From NCBI RefSeq assembly GCF_963921235.1, contig NC_086097.1, positions 207,764,001 to 207,828,000 of the forward strand: a stretch of DNA of 64,000 nt, read 5' to 3'. Position 1 is the stretch's first letter, and each line of letters starts with the position of its first letter. Under the pieces are notes generated by a model. The model saw only the letters and a list, made by a program, of their open reading frames with translations, was not told where the DNA came from and ran no database searches. Position numbers and translations under genes: made by a program. The DNA is from Mobula hypostoma. Lineage: Eukaryota. Shown here piece by piece: positions 1 to 13,699 of the stretch.

Positions 1-266
1 CAGTGTCCAAAGTTTACAGAAAATGGTGTAAAAGAAGGTAGAGTGAGTGGCAGTTGTTTGGACAAAAATGCCTTGTTAATGAGAGAGGTCAGAGGAGAAT
101 GGCCTGACTCGTTCAAGCTGATGAGAAGATGACAGTAACTCTGATAACCACATGTTACAACAGTGTGTGCAGAAGAGCATCTCTGAATGCACAGTGTGTC
201 AAATGAAGACCATGAACATACTTTATAGAAGGTATAGGAGGTACCCAATAAAGTGGCTACTGAGTG
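1..266 (+). mobile_element. Tc1/mariner-type DNA transposon deletion derivative (right end)
   Basis: Tc1-like transposase N-terminal remnant followed by a terminal-repeat-like GTACCCAATAAAGTGGCTACTGAGTG at 241-266. Confidence 0.6.
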
Positions 267-529
267 TCTAGTTGGTTCAGCAGTAAAAAAGTGCTGTTGT
301 TTCCAGATGAGAAAAAAAACTAATGATCGTGTAAACCATTGTTGGTTGATCTGCTAATGGGCACAAATTGTACCTTCTGCTTCAAGTATCAATAAGCTAA
401 TGAATGGTTTTGCCAGGCCTTGTGACATGATTTGATGTTGCTCCTTATTTGATTTCAGGTACTCTATGAGCTGCCAACAAGCTGTCAGTGGAGCTTTGAT
501 GACCATAAACCTGTAATGTTATTGTACTT

Positions 530-2460
530 GCCTCAGCCACTTCCTTCGGCAAATCATTCCATATACGAACACCCTCTACTTGAAGACATTATCTTTTTAA
601 ATCTTTCCCATTTTAAATTAAAGCCATGCCCTATGGTTTTTGAATCCTTTGCCCAACTAGTGTGCATTCACCCTTTCAATGCCCCTCATGATCTTATATA
701 CCTCTATAAGGTTATTCTACAGTCTCCTGTATGTCATGGAAAAAAGTCCTAGCCTGTATAACCTTTCCTTCTTACACAAACCTTTGAGTCTTGGCATCAT
801 TCTTGTAAATTTTCATTGTACTCTTTCCAGATTAATGATTGAATCACAAAGTCATAGGAAAGTATAGTACAGACACAGACCTTTTTGCCCATCTAGTTTG
901 TGTCAAAATATTTAAACTGCTCAGTCCTATCAACCTACACCCAGACCATAGCCCTCCATACCCCGACCATTCGTGTACCTATCCAAACTTCTCTTAAACA
1001 CTGAAATCGTGCTCGCATGCACCATTTGCATTGGCAACTCATTCTACACTCTCCAGACCCTCTGAGTGAAGCAACTTCCCTTCATGTTCCCCTTAAACAT
1101 TTTACCTTTCACCGTTAACTCATGACCTCTACTTGTAGTTCAACCAACCTCAGTGGAAGAAGCTTGCTTGGATTTACCTGCTCTGAGCCCCTCATAATAT
1201 TGTATACCTCTATCAAGCCTCCCCTCAAACTTCCAAGATGTAAAGTCCTAACCGATTCAATTTTTCCTCAAAGCTCAGGTCTCCAGTCTCAGCACCATCT
1301 TCATAAATTTTCTCTATACAATTTCAAACTTATTTACATCTTTCCTGTAGGTAGGTGAACAAAACTGCATGCAGTACTCCAAATCAGGCCTCATCAACAT
1401 CTTATACAATTCTGACATAACATCCCATCCCCTAGATTCAATACTTTGACTTAGGAAGGCCAGCGTGCCAAAAGCTTTCTTTATGATCCTATCCAGCTGT
1501 GCTGCCACTTTCAATAAGTAATGGATCTGTATTCCCAGATCCCTTTGTTCTACCACACTCCTCTGTGCCCAACCATTCACTGTGTAAGACCTACCCAGGT
1601 TGATCCTACCCAAGTACAACACCTCACACTTGTCTGCATTAAATTCCATCTGTCATTTTTTAGCCCATTTGCCCAGCTGGTCCAGATCCAGCTACAAGCT
1701 CTGATAGGCTTCCTCACTGTCGACTACAGCCCAATCTTGGTGCATCAGCAAATTTGCTGACCCAGTTAACCACATTATCATCCAGATGGTTGATATAGAT
1801 GACAAATAACAATGGACCCAGCACCGACTCCTGTGGCACTCCACTAGTCACAGACCTCCAGTTAGAGTGACAACCATCTACTACTACTCTCTGGCTTCTC
1901 CCACAAAGCCAATGCCTAACCTCATCTTGAATGCCAAGTAACTGAACCTTCTTGACCAATCTCTCATACGAGCATCCACTGCCTTGTCTTCATCAACTTT
2001 CCTGGTAACTTACTCAAAAAAACTCTATAAGATTGGTTAGACATGAACTACCATGTGCAAAGCCATGCTGACTATGCCTAACCAGTCCATGTTTATCTAT
2101 CCAAGTTTATATCCCTTAGAATAACTTCCAATAACTTTCCCACTACTGATGTCAGGTTCACCAGCCTATAATTTCATGGTTTATTTTAGAGCCTTCTTAA
2201 ACAGTGGAACAATATTAGCTATCTTCCAATCCTCCGGTACCCCACTGACCATTAAGGATAATTTAAATATCTCTGTAGGGCCCCTGCAATTTCTGCAGTT
2301 GCCTCCCACAGGTCCAAGGGAAAACCTTGTCAGGCCCTGGGAATTTATCCACTCTAATTTGCCTCAAGACAGCAAACACCTCTTCCTCTGTAAACTTTGT
2401 ATGTCCATGACCTTGCTGCTGCTTTACCTCACTTCCACAGACACTGTATCTGGCCCCCGA
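530..2460 (-). mobile_element. CR1 LINE fragments (older piece ~530-840; longer ORF2/3' end ~845-2460)
   Basis: Minus ORFs with VTSGVPQESVLGPLLFVIYIN, SKFADA, FNADKCEVL, RPDLEYCMQF, DKFPGPD; multiple stops and frameshifts. Confidence 0.9.
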
Positions 2461-2464
2461 GTAA

Positions 2465-2842
2465 ATCATTACCAGCATTATGTGCAGTGTCATGTGACAT
2501 AGGCAATCATGGTCTATGGCCATGATTGTTTCGTCAGATTCTGCAGAAGCTATTTGCCATTGCCTTCTTCTGGCAGTGCCTTTACAAGATGGGTGACACC
2601 CATCCATTATCAATACTCTTTAGCAATTGTCTGCCTGGTGTCAGTAGGCGTACATCCAGGACTTGTGATGTGCACCAGCTGCTTATACAACCATCTACTG
2701 CCTGCTGCCATGGCTTCACATGACCCTGAATGGGGGTCCAGCCGCTAGTGCACACCTTGTTCAAGGGTGACCTGCAGGTCAGCAGAGGGAAGGAGTGACT
2801 TACATCTCCTTTGGGAGAGACATACCTCCACCCTGCCACCCA
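2465..2842 (-). mobile_element. SINE-like element with an RTE-type 3' end
   Basis: Minus strand contains AGAAGAAGGCAATGGCAAA, which resembles the RTE/BovB-related SINE tail motif; non-coding. Confidence 0.45.
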
Positions 2843-3049
2843 GGAAATATAAATGCAAGAAGTTCCGATTGCTGATGTTTTCACTTTCACAGGGTAAACG
2901 AAACTTCACGCAATGCTCCAAGTTCAGCATCATAAAAATCTTGTACCACTACAACATAGCGTCCTAGCTCTTATACTCAATGCCCTGACTGATGAAGGCC
3001 AGCATGTCAAGTTCCTTCTTCACCACCCTCTTTCAAACTCTTCACATCT

Positions 3050-3845
3050 CACACAACCTCTCATGACCCAGAACACATCCTACAAAATCAGGAAAGCTCA
3101 CCAGCACCTCTACATTATAAGGAAGCTGAAGAGAGCTGAACTCTGCATGTCAGTACTCAGGACTTCCTACAGATTGACAATAGAGAGTATCCTAACATGT
3201 TGTGTCATTGCATGGTACGGAAACTACACTGTGGTGGGCAGGAAGGCTTTACGACAGTTAGTCAAAACTGCCCAGCACAACACTGGCACCAGCCTATCTG
3301 CCAGCAAGGACATACATACAGGAAGGTGTCAGTAAAAGTCCAGCGATATCATGAAGGATGCCACCCATCCTGCTCATAGTCTGCTTGTCCCACTCCCATC
3401 AGGGAGGAGGCTATGCAGCATCCATGCCAGGAACACCAGACTGAAAAACAGTTACTTCCCCCAAGTAGTGAGGCTGATCAATACGTCCACCTGTTACCCC
3501 TTTTGACCACCATTACTTTATCATTTCCTGTCAGTCGCCTTATGTACAAACACTCCAGTGCTTAGCATCAACTTATATAATCAATTTGTCTATATAGTCT
3601 ATCTTAAGATTGGACTCATAAGCCACTTGAGAGCGCATATATAGATCAACGGAATGAAGACCATCATCCCCGACCTTGAGGGATAGCCACAACGGTGATG
3701 TATTTATGTTTACGGTTTTTTTTTGTTATTGTGTTCTTTATTTTAGTGTTTTTCATATTCTGCATCAGATCCAGAGTAACAATTATTTTGTTCTTCTTTA
3801 CTCTTGTGTACTGGAAATGACATTAAGTATTGTTGAAATCTTGAA
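3050..3845 (+). mobile_element. Rex1/Babar-type LINE 3' fragment
   Basis: KAHQHLYIIRKLK...YRLTIESILTCCVIAWYGN motif, followed by an AT-rich 3' UTR and tail. Confidence 0.8.
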
Positions 3846-4189
3846 CTCTGTCAAAATGCTACTTTCAGGAAACCTTCTACTGTAGTCCTGGAGTCCCTCT
3901 GTTCTACAACACAGCTCAGGACCCAGCTATGCATTGTAAAAGTCCAACTTTAGCTTGATTTCCCAAAGTAAAATCCATTGTACATTAAACAGTTTAATGC
4001 ATTGCCTCTAAAAATATAAAAGGGCAAGTAAACCACAGAAATCCTTGCAATCCATATTTGCAAACTAAATGTGAACATTGGAATAAGTTACGTCATTTTT
4101 GTTTGTTACCTATGTGATTGGAGAATTTTAAGAGTGGTAAAGATTAAATTAATGCTCTTGCTGAGAACTATATGAATGTAAAAATCATG

Positions 4190-4516
4190 AACTCAAGAGA
4201 TTCTGCAGATGCTGGAAATGCAGAGCAATACATACAAAATGCTGGAGAAATTCAAGAGGTCAGGCAGCATCTATGGAGAAGAACAAATAGTCAACCTTCC
4301 AGGCCAAGACCCTTATTTAGGACTAACAGCCAAGGTTTCGGGCCAAGACCCTTCATTAGGACTAACAGCCAAGGTTTCGGGCCAAGACCCTTCATCAGGA
4401 CATCAGGACTAAAAATTGAAATTTTGAGCCTGAGACTTGGCCCTAGACGCTGACAATTTATTTCTCTCCTTAGATGTTTCCTGACCTGCTGAGTTCCTTA
4501 GCATTTTGTGTGTGTC
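4190..4516. mobile_element. Miniature foldback Penelope-like element end with an internal 39-bp tandem triplication
   Basis: Left part CAAAATGCTGGAGAAATTCAAGAGGTCAGG is the imperfect inverse of right part CCTGACCTGCTGAGTTCCTTAGCATTTTG. Same family as the ends at 18720-18850 and 48745-48840. Confidence 0.7.
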
Positions 4517-4752
4517 ACAGATGAAAATCATTGTTGTTGAATTGACATGCTGTCTTTTACTACTTGTGGCAATCCAATGATGGTAGTACTGATTTCATTG
4601 TTGCCACTAGTAGGGTAAAATCAACGCGTCAAGGCAGAATCCGAAACACATACTTGATGAACTCAGGAGCTTGGCTAGATACACTTTGCAGACTGCAGCC
4701 ATCACGACCACTCCACACCGCAATCCCATTCACTCTATTTATACTTTATCCT

Positions 4753-7293
4753 TTATACTAGGGAATTTACCTCAGTCATACTGGCTGCGGTCTACATTCC
4801 CCACCCACCCCCTGCCCCCCAGGCGGACGTGGAGTGTGCTTTGAGCATACTGTATGCCAACATCAGTGAACTTGAGACCAGGTATCCGGAGGCTTTGCTC
4901 ATTACAGCCGGGGACTTTAACCAGGCCAACCTCAGAAAGGCGCTGCCAAAGTTATACCAACATGTCTCCTGACCCACAAGAGGCCCGAATATACTTCACC
5001 ACTGCTACACAGCAGTCAAGGATGCCTACCGTTCCGTCCCATGACCTCACTGCGGAAAATCGAACCACCAGGCCGTATTCCTCCTCCCGGCATACAAACA
5101 GAAACTGAAGCGGGAGGACACGCTGTCAAAAGTAGTGTCGCGTTGGATGGAGGAAATGGATGAGGTCCTCCGTGACTGCTTTGAATCAGTGGACTGGTTA
5201 GTATTCAAGGATTCGGCAGCTAACCTCGATGAGTATGCCTCAGCAGTCACGGACTTTATTTGGAAATGCACGGAGGACCGTGTGTCTCGCAAGATGATCC
5301 GGGTATTCCCTAACCGGAAACCTTGGATGAATTATGAGGTTAAGTCCCTTTTAAAGGCTAGAGCTGTGGCTTTTACGTCCGGGGATAGAAGTCGCTACAC
5401 GGAATCCAGGCGTGAACTCTGGAAAGCCATTAAGGGTGCCAAGGGGCAATATCGAGCCAAGTTGGAAGCCCAGGCTAACCAGAGGGATGCCAGTAGCCTA
5501 TGGCAGGGTCTAAATGAGATCACTGGGTGCAAAGAAAAGGCTGGGAATATTAATAACTGTGGCGCTTCTCTTCCTGACGAACTTAACGTATTCTACGCAA
5601 GATTCGAACAGAAGAGGAAAGTCCCGCTCCCTCCGGATGAACCAGACCTGGTGGCATCGAGATTCATTGTCACTGAGGAGGACGTTAGAAGGGCCATCCT
5701 GAAGATAAATCCAAGGAAGGCGACGGGCCCAGGACGTGTTCTTCGGGCCTGTGCAAGCAAGCTAGCTAGAGTGTTTGCTGACATCTTCAACTGCTCCTTG
5801 CATCAGTCTAAGATCCCCTCGTCTTTTAAGAAGGCAACGATTATACCAGTGCCGAAGAAGAGCAAGGTGGCATGCCTGAATGACTATCGACCTGTGGCTC
5901 TGACATCAATTGCTATGAAGTGCTTCGAGAGATTGGTTATGGCACACATCAACCACAGCCTCCCGATCAACCTCGACGCTTTGCAATTTGCCTACCGGAG
6001 CAACAGGTCAATGGCAGATGCCATCTCTCTGGCCCTACATTCCTCCTTAGATCACCTGGAGAATAAAGACGCATATGTAAGGCTCCTTTTCATTGACTAC
6101 AGCTCTGCCTTTAATACCATCATTCCAAATAAACTGATTCCTAAGCTCCAGAACCTGGGCCTTAGCACTCAGGTCTGCAGCTGGACCTTCAACTTCCTCA
6201 CAGACAGGACCCAGGCTGTAAAAATAGGGGACAAGCTCTCCTCTACAATCACTCTGAGCACCGGTGCCCCACAAGGCTGTGTACTCAGCCTCCTGCTGTA
6301 CTCACTGTACACCCATGATTGTGTAGCCAAGTTCCCATCAAACTCAATATATAAGTTTGCTGATGACACAACAATTGTAGGCCGTATCTCGGGTAATGAT
6401 GAGTTTGAGTAGAGAGAGGAAATTAAGAACCTGGTGGCATGGTGCGAAGATAATAACCTATCCCTCAGCGTTAGCAAGACGAAGGAATTGGTTGTTGACT
6501 TCAGAAGGAGTAGCGGACTGCACAACCCCATTTACATCGGTGGTGCACAAGTGGAGCAGGTCAAAAGCTTTAAGTTCCTTGGGGTCAATATCACAAATGA
6601 CCTGACTTGGTCCAACCAAGCAGAGTTCACTGCCAAGAAGGCCCACCAGCGCCTTCACTTCCTGAGAAAACTAAAGAAATTTGGCCTGTCCCCTAAAACC
6701 CTCACTAATTTTTATAGATGCACTGTAGAAAGCATTCTTCTAGGGTGCATCACAACCTGGTATGGAAGTTGTCCTGTCCAAGACCGAAAGAAGCTGCAGA
6801 AGATCATGAACACGGCACAGCACATCACACAAACCAATCTTTCATCCTTGGACTCACTTTACTCCGCATGCTGTCGGAGCAGTGCTGCCAGGATAATCAA
6901 GGACACGACCCGCCCAGCCAACACACTTTTCATCCCTCTTCCCTCCGAGAGAAGGCTCAGGAGCTTGAAGACTCATACGGCCAGATTTGGGAACAGCTTC
7001 TTTCCAACTGTGATAAGACTGCTGAACGGATCCTGACCCGGATCTGGGCTGTACCCTCCAAATATCCGGACCTGCCTCTCGGTTTTTTTGCACTAACTTA
7101 CTTTCCATTTTTCTATTTTCTATTTATGATTTATAATTTAAATTGTTAATATTTACTAATTTTTTACTATTTTTAATATTTAATATTTGTAATCCAGGGA
7201 GTGGGAAGTGCAGAATCAAATATCACTGTGATGATTGTACGTTCTAGTATCAATTGTTTGGCGACAATAAAGTATGAAGTATAAAGTATAAAG
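4753..7293 (+). mobile_element. Rex1/Babar non-LTR retrotransposon, 5'-truncated, relatively young (endonuclease C-terminus, reverse transcriptase, 3' UTR, microsatellite tail)
   Basis: ORFs 5135-6412 and 6434-7036 are in the same frame, separated by one TAG. Motifs NDYRPVALTS, DYSSAFNTI, GAPQGCVLS, KFADDTT. Tail AATAAAGTATGAAGTATAAAGTATAAAG. Candidate TSD TTTATCCT at 4745-4752 and 7294-7301. Confidence 0.93.
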
Positions 7294-8535
7294 TTTATCC
7301 TGAATTGGGAAAATTGTGCTGGTAAAGAAAAAAGATTTGACAAAAGCAAAAATAATTTTACCTGCATTTAGTCTTCAGCAAGAAAGGATGTCATCTATAG
7401 GATGTATGAAAACATCAAACTATGGCATCCTTTCCGTCTGCATTTCATCTGTCTCTTTTATTCTGTTTCTGAATGTCATTGACATGTAATGCAGAATTAT
7501 GCTGAACCCCTTTGTCCTCTCTTCGGTACCATTGAGAATTGTACAGAGATGAGTCAAACATTTCAATTAGCACCTTCAATGTGAGCAGAGAGTCATCCAT
7601 CAGCCCCAATTAAATTCAAATTCAGCACTCAGAAATGAAAAGTTAATGCTCAAAGTTATTACACCTGCAATAAAACATCACTTTATTGTCTACAGGTATT
7701 TTCAGAAAGTGAATTTGCTGCACTTCGGGGGAGATATTACAGCACTTCTAATGGATTCCTCACAAAATCCTGCCTCAAAATAATTGACAAACTACGCAAA
7801 ATTACTCACAATTTCACCTGCTAAATCACTTGATCATTTAGTTGAAAAAATAATGCAAACTTATTTAGTAGTAGAGATTGAGAAAGACAACTTTATCAGG
7901 AAAAGAAGTAACTTACTGTCTGTGAAAGGCCTGTCCTGGGGCTGGGGACTGGGTATGTGTGCAGGGAGGAACTTGCTTTGCTGTTGTTGCTTTGTTGTGT
8001 TCTGTGTTGTTCTGCTGAGTGTTGTGGGCATGCTACCTGCAGCAACACAAATGGACAGCCCCCAGTACTCCCTCGGGGGTGTTGGTGGCTAATGCAAATG
8101 ATGCATTTCTCTGTATGTTTCCATGGACTTGTGATAAGTAAATTTGAGTCTTGAAATAAATATCGTATTAATGTGGATAATGTACCCTTGAACAATTGGC
8201 AGTTCACGATAAGTAATCTACATGGGACTTGAAATAAAATATTTAACCAGAAATCCATTATTGCACATTTAAATGAAGGAGGTAAGATTGGAAAAATGAT
8301 GATGTTTTTTACAGATTAAGTAATCTAAATTTGCATCTTTGGGCCCTATATAGATGTCTTAGAGTCTGATTTAAGTGGCTTCAGTTCTTGTCTCAAAAGT
8401 ACCTCATTCTAAACACCAGTTTTATTAAAACTATACAAAATGAAATAATCTGGTACATCTAACCCATTCCATACATTATACATCAGATTCCCTAATCAAT
8501 ATAGAGTAATATCCTGACTGAGCTAAGATTTCAGC

Positions 8536-9636
8536 TTTACAGCAACAACCTTACACTCAACATCAGTAAGACTGAGGAATTAGTTGTGATCTTCAGGAAG
8601 GTGAAGTCAAGGGAACACACACTAGTCTTCATTGAAAGATCAGCAATGGAAAGGATGAGCAGGTTCAAGTACTTGGGTGTCAACATCTCTGAAGATTTAT
8701 CTTGGTCCCAACTATTGATGCTGTCCAAGTTGCATGCCATCTTGGACAATGTCTCCCATCCACTACATAATGTACTGGATGGGCACAGGAGTACATTCAG
8801 CCAGAGACTCATTCCACCGAGATGCAGCACAGAACGTCATAGGAAGTCATTCCTGCCTGTGGCCATCAAACTTTACAACTCCTCCCTTGGAGGGTCAGAC
8901 ACCCTGAGCCAATAGACTGGTCCTGGACTTATTTCCTGGCATAATTTACATATTACTATTTAACTATTTATGGTTTTATTACTATTTAATTATTTAAGGT
9001 GCAACTGTAACGAAAACCAGTTTCCCCCGGGATCAATAAAGTATGACTATGACTATGACTATGATGCAATTACAAAGAAGGCATGACAACAACTATATTT
9101 CATTAGGAGTTTGATATGTCACCAAAGACTCTAGAAAATTTCTACAGATATACCGTGGAGAGCATTCTAACTGACTGGTATGGAGGGACCACTGCACAGG
9201 ATTGGAAAAAGCTGCAGAGGGTTGTAAGCTCAGCCAGTTCCATCATGGGCACTAGCCTCCTCAGCATCGAGGACACTTTCAGAAGCAATGCATCAAAAAA
9301 TGTGGCATCCATTATTAAGGACCCCATCACCCAGGACACGCTCTCTTCTCATTGTTACCATTAGGGAGGATGAACAGGAGCCTAAAGACACACACTCAAT
9401 GTTTTAGGATCAGCTTCTTCTCCTCCACCATCAGATATCTAAATGGACAATGAACCAACTCATGAACGCTGCATGACTATTTTGCTCGTTTGCTCTACTT
9501 ATTTAATTTATTTATATCTAAATATACATATAGGTAATTCTCATTGTAATTTATAGTTGTTTCTATGTATTGCTGCTGCTGCTGATAAACAACAAATTTC
9601 ATGACATATGCCAGTGATAGCAAACCTGATTCTGAT
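8536..9636 (+). mobile_element. Rex1/Babar LINE fragment interrupted by a second Rex1-family 3' end (~8717-9062)
   Basis: Host reads FKYLGVNISEDLSWS, then resumes ...SPKTLENFYR after the insert. The insert is near-identical to 62937-63290 and ends in (ATGACT)n. Confidence 0.85.
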
Positions 9637-9639
9637 AAT

Positions 9640-9905
9640 CCAAGTAGCTAGCACAATGCTTTACAGTGGAGGCAACCCAGGTTCAATTCTCGCCGCTGAC
9701 TTTAAGGAGTTTGTACATTCTCTCCTTGGCTGCATGGGTTCCTCCAGGTGCTCTGGTTTCCTCCTACAGCCCAAAGATGTATGGGTTGGTAGGTTAATAG
9801 GTAATTGTAAATTGTCCTGTGATTAGGCTGGAGTTAAATCGGTGGGTTACTCAAAGGGCCAGAGGAGCCTGTTCTGCACTGTATCTTAATAAATAAATAA
9901 GTAAA
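9640..9905 (+). mobile_element. tRNA-derived V-domain SINE
   Basis: B-box-like GGTTCAATTC, central GGGTTTCCTCCAGGTGCTCTGGTTTCCTCC, (TAAA)n tail. Confidence 0.75.
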
Positions 9906-10679
9906 TAAAAACTTCGAATAGGACTTGTATCCAAATTAAATGGCTCATAGATGTGCACCATAACCGATTACTCACTACACAAGCTAACAAATTGTTCTGG
10001 GGCATGTTATTCTATGAGAAGTGAATATTAATGCTAATTTTTTTCTTTGCGCGTCTCAAATACATGACCCTGCTCTTCCTCGACCTATAGCTTTTAAATA
10101 ATTTATCAGATTGTATCAAATATAGCACTTCCATTATTTAAGATTCTTTGATCAAATCATCCTGAATGCACAGAGTTAGCTCTTTAAACCTTTCTTTGTA
10201 AATAAACTGCTTGATATTCTTAATGATCCTCCTCTGTACCTTTTTCAAAGCTTCTCTGTGTGATGGTACTAGAACAGGATGGTGCATTCTAATTGAAGCT
10301 AAATGTAGGTCTTCTATAATTTAATAATGGCAATTTAATAATGTCCCATAGCTTTTAATGAATCTTGTGCTCTCTGCCATTTCTTGATGTCATGTTATTT
10401 AAAATGCGATAAAAGGACAGTAGTGACTTTGGCATGGGGAGCGGAATTTGACATCACTATCAAAACAAGTTTCTTATCACATATCCTACCATCTGCCTGC
10501 CTGGCATCAAGCTGGCATGTTAGCTGACTTTCTTGAAAAACATTCAAACGGAACAACATTTTCAATGGCTAATTTCTATTACCCATGGTTTTGCAACAAA
10601 CAAGGCAGGATCATCGGAAAAATAAATAAAAACAGATTGTCCTGCTGCTACCTAGAAGAGCTCCTGTTGCTATGAGTGA

Positions 10680-11615
10680 CTTTGTCACCTTATCATTTCC
10701 TGTCAGAGTACGTTATGTACAGAGATTCCTGTCACTTCAAAGTTCAAGACTCAAAGTAAGTTTATTATCAAAGTACATTTGTTATCACCATGTACTACCC
10801 TGAGATTCATTTTCTTGTGGGCATTCACAGTAGAACAAATAAATACAATAGAATCAATGAAAAACTACACATAAAGACTAGCAAGCAGCAAATATGAAAA
10901 AGACAAACTGTTCATATACATAAATAAATAAATAATACCAAGAAAGTAAATTATAGAGTTCTTAAAAGTGAGTCCATAGGTTATGTTCAGTGATCAGTTC
11001 AGTGTTGTGATGAGTAAAGTTGTCCACACTGGTTCAGAGCCCTTTATGTACATTCAATCAGTATATGTACAGTATATAAGTTAAACTTAAGTATAACCAC
11101 ATTCAAACAGCTACTTGTAGATTGAGTTTTATAGAATTGCTTTTATATTTACTTTATACTTTATTGTATAAAAAACAATTGATACTAGAACATACAATCA
11201 TCACAGCGATATTTGATTCTGCGCTTCCCGCTCCCTGGATTACAAATATTAAATATTAAAAATATTAAAAATAGTAAAAATTAGTAAATATTAAAATTTT
11301 AAATTATAAATCATAAATAGAAAATAGAAAAATGGAAAGTGAGGTAGTGCAAAAAAACCAAGAGACAGGTCTGGATATTTGGAGGGTACAGCCCAGATTC
11401 GGATCAGGATCCGTTCAGCAGTCTTATCACAGTTGGAGAGAAGCTGTTCCCAAACTTATACATATTTATTGCACTATTGTTGTTTTTATATTCTGTTCTT
11501 TATGCTTATTCTATTTTTTTTATGCTGCATCAGATCCAGAGTCACAATCATTTTACTTTCCTTTACACTCATGTACTGAAGAATGACGATAAACAATCTT
11601 GAACCTTGAACCTTG
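10680..11615. mobile_element. Nested LINE 3' ends: plus-strand Rex-type 3' UTR containing two minus-strand tails (~10740-11035 and ~11155-11455)
   Basis: 11155-11455 is the reverse complement of 6990-7280. The flanks match the 3' UTR at 3520-3845. Confidence 0.7.
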
Positions 11616-12539
11616 ATTTGGTTATTGTCAATGTTGACCCACTAACGTGGTACTGCATTTATCCACTGCAGACACTTGGCTCAGTGAATATGCATGAGCT
11701 CACTCAACAGGGTCTAATCACAAACATCATGTTGGAGGTGTGATTCAATACAAGGTTTCAGTCTGTTCAATGGTGTCCAAAGGTCTTAACTCATGTAGAG
11801 AACTGAATATATTGAAGGAATGTCTAGAAGCAATGTCTAGAAGCAATGGTATGTTGGCAGCAAATATGCCTGAAGCTTGTAAGTGCTTTCGAGACATGTC
11901 CAGCCTGTTAAATCCTCTTTCTTCATCCAACTAAAGAAAATATGATCGGATTCTTCCAGGAATGCTCCAGGAGGAAGTTATTGGCATCATACAAAATGGT
12001 CCCTATCAGAACTCTTAATTTCCAGCTCTTTGAACACAGATAATATTTTTAGTGTTGCCTTCAGGTCATTACTGAATATCCTTTACCACAAAGTCCAGTT
12101 TAAAGAATGCAAGGTAAATGCAATGTGTGTCTGGTAGGAATTACTTGCAGATCATGAGTTACTTTTTCACTTTTACAGAAGCTCTTGCACACCTTCAGTT
12201 GCAAATTTTCCTACCCTTAAATCACACGTGCATGATTCATTATGGCTGGAAATTAAGCAACTGTGTTCTCAGTCAGTTTCCATACCTCCCTTACATTAGC
12301 AAAGAAGCAACTGAGAAACAGATTTCAAGAAGTCAGATTGATATCTATTTAGAAAAGTTTCGTATAACCTGGCCACTCATTGGCTATTCATACTATCCAT
12401 GCAGAGTACTCCAACTTAATTAATGTCAGATTTACAAAAACATTCACCTTGTGCGTGACTTGTTTTAACCTAAATCAAATGAGTCAGCAGTGAGGCAATC
12501 ATTGCAGCACCTGTCATCACGAAAGACTGCTTCCCTCCC

Positions 12540-12978
12540 ACAGACCCTGCTTACACTTCTTGCTGCCTTGGTAAAGCAGCCAACATAATCAAAGAAGCAG
12601 CCGGCATAATCAAGGACCTGACCCACCCTGGACATTCTCTTTTCTTCCCTTTCCCACTGGGCAGAAAATACAAAAAAAACTGAAAGTATGTACTACTAGA
12701 CTCAAGGACAGCTTGTATCCGTTTGTTATAAGGCTATTGAATGATTCTGTTGTATGGTAAGACGTACTATCTTCACGATCTACCATGCCATGGCTTTGAA
12801 CTTCATTATCTGTCTGCACAGCGTTTTCTCTGTAATTCTAACACTTTATTCTGCATTCTGTTATGGTCGTCCCCTTGTATTACCTCGATGTACTGATGTG
12901 ATGAAATGATTTGTGTGCATGGCATGCAAATCAAAGTTTTTTTACTGTATCTCAGTGTGACAATAATAGACCAATTTA
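12540..12978 (+). mobile_element. Degenerate Rex/L2-like LINE 3' end
   Basis: IIKD-HPGH-LF / RLKDS remnant and a 3' UTR similar to 23740-24185. Confidence 0.6.
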
Positions 12979-13699
12979 CTATTGCAGGTTACAGAATCCT
13001 CAAGTGCTTGGTGACTTAGCACACAATTGTCCATAGAGTACCCTTTCACATCTATCTTAGTCACTTTTTTTGTTTTGATCCACAAAACTGGGCAGTTTGA
13101 AGTGTTAGTAATGGAATGGCAGATATCACTGCGGCGAATACAAATAGGACAATCTTGAATCACAAGCAGAGCTCTACTGACATCTTGTGTCCATAAAGAC
13201 ACAGCATATCTATACAACTGTATGTAACAGCTACATACTGTACAGTGCGTAACCTAATAGCAAGAGAATACAGAAGCCAAAAGAGTACAGAGGAGAGCAG
13301 AAACGTTGAGAAGACCCATTGTGTAAAATTTGACCATCAAGTTCTGCTGTATCTTTAGAGAGAGAGAGCAGGAGATTCCGTTGTGAACCTTTTTAGCGTT
13401 GCTGTACCTAATCTTGAGGGCACCCAGGCTAGGATATTTCCACCAGAGATTCCATTGTCTTATGTAACAGGTACGGGGTCAGCATCATCTAGTGCACAGC
13501 TTATACCAGACAGCACACAGTCACTGAAGGGACCTGCAAAGCTTCTCCCCTTGAACTCATGCAGTCACTTTTTTTGTTCCCTCCAACAATGATTTTTGGG
13601 ACAGGATATGTAATATGTCTTTCTCCTTAAAACTAAGTACACACTAGATTGGAAGAAGGAAAACAAAGTGCTAAGAACTTTTTACTATCATAGGTCAAG

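Noticed and set aside
4289..4410. 39-bp repeats as a CRISPR-like array
   Set aside because: Eukaryotic context, no unique spacers, and the unit derives from a Penelope end
6410..6412. In-frame TAG between two Rex ORFs as programmed readthrough
   Set aside because: The position corresponds to Tyr in related copies (DESAYR/DESEYR), so it is a simple nonsense mutation; there is no CTAG context
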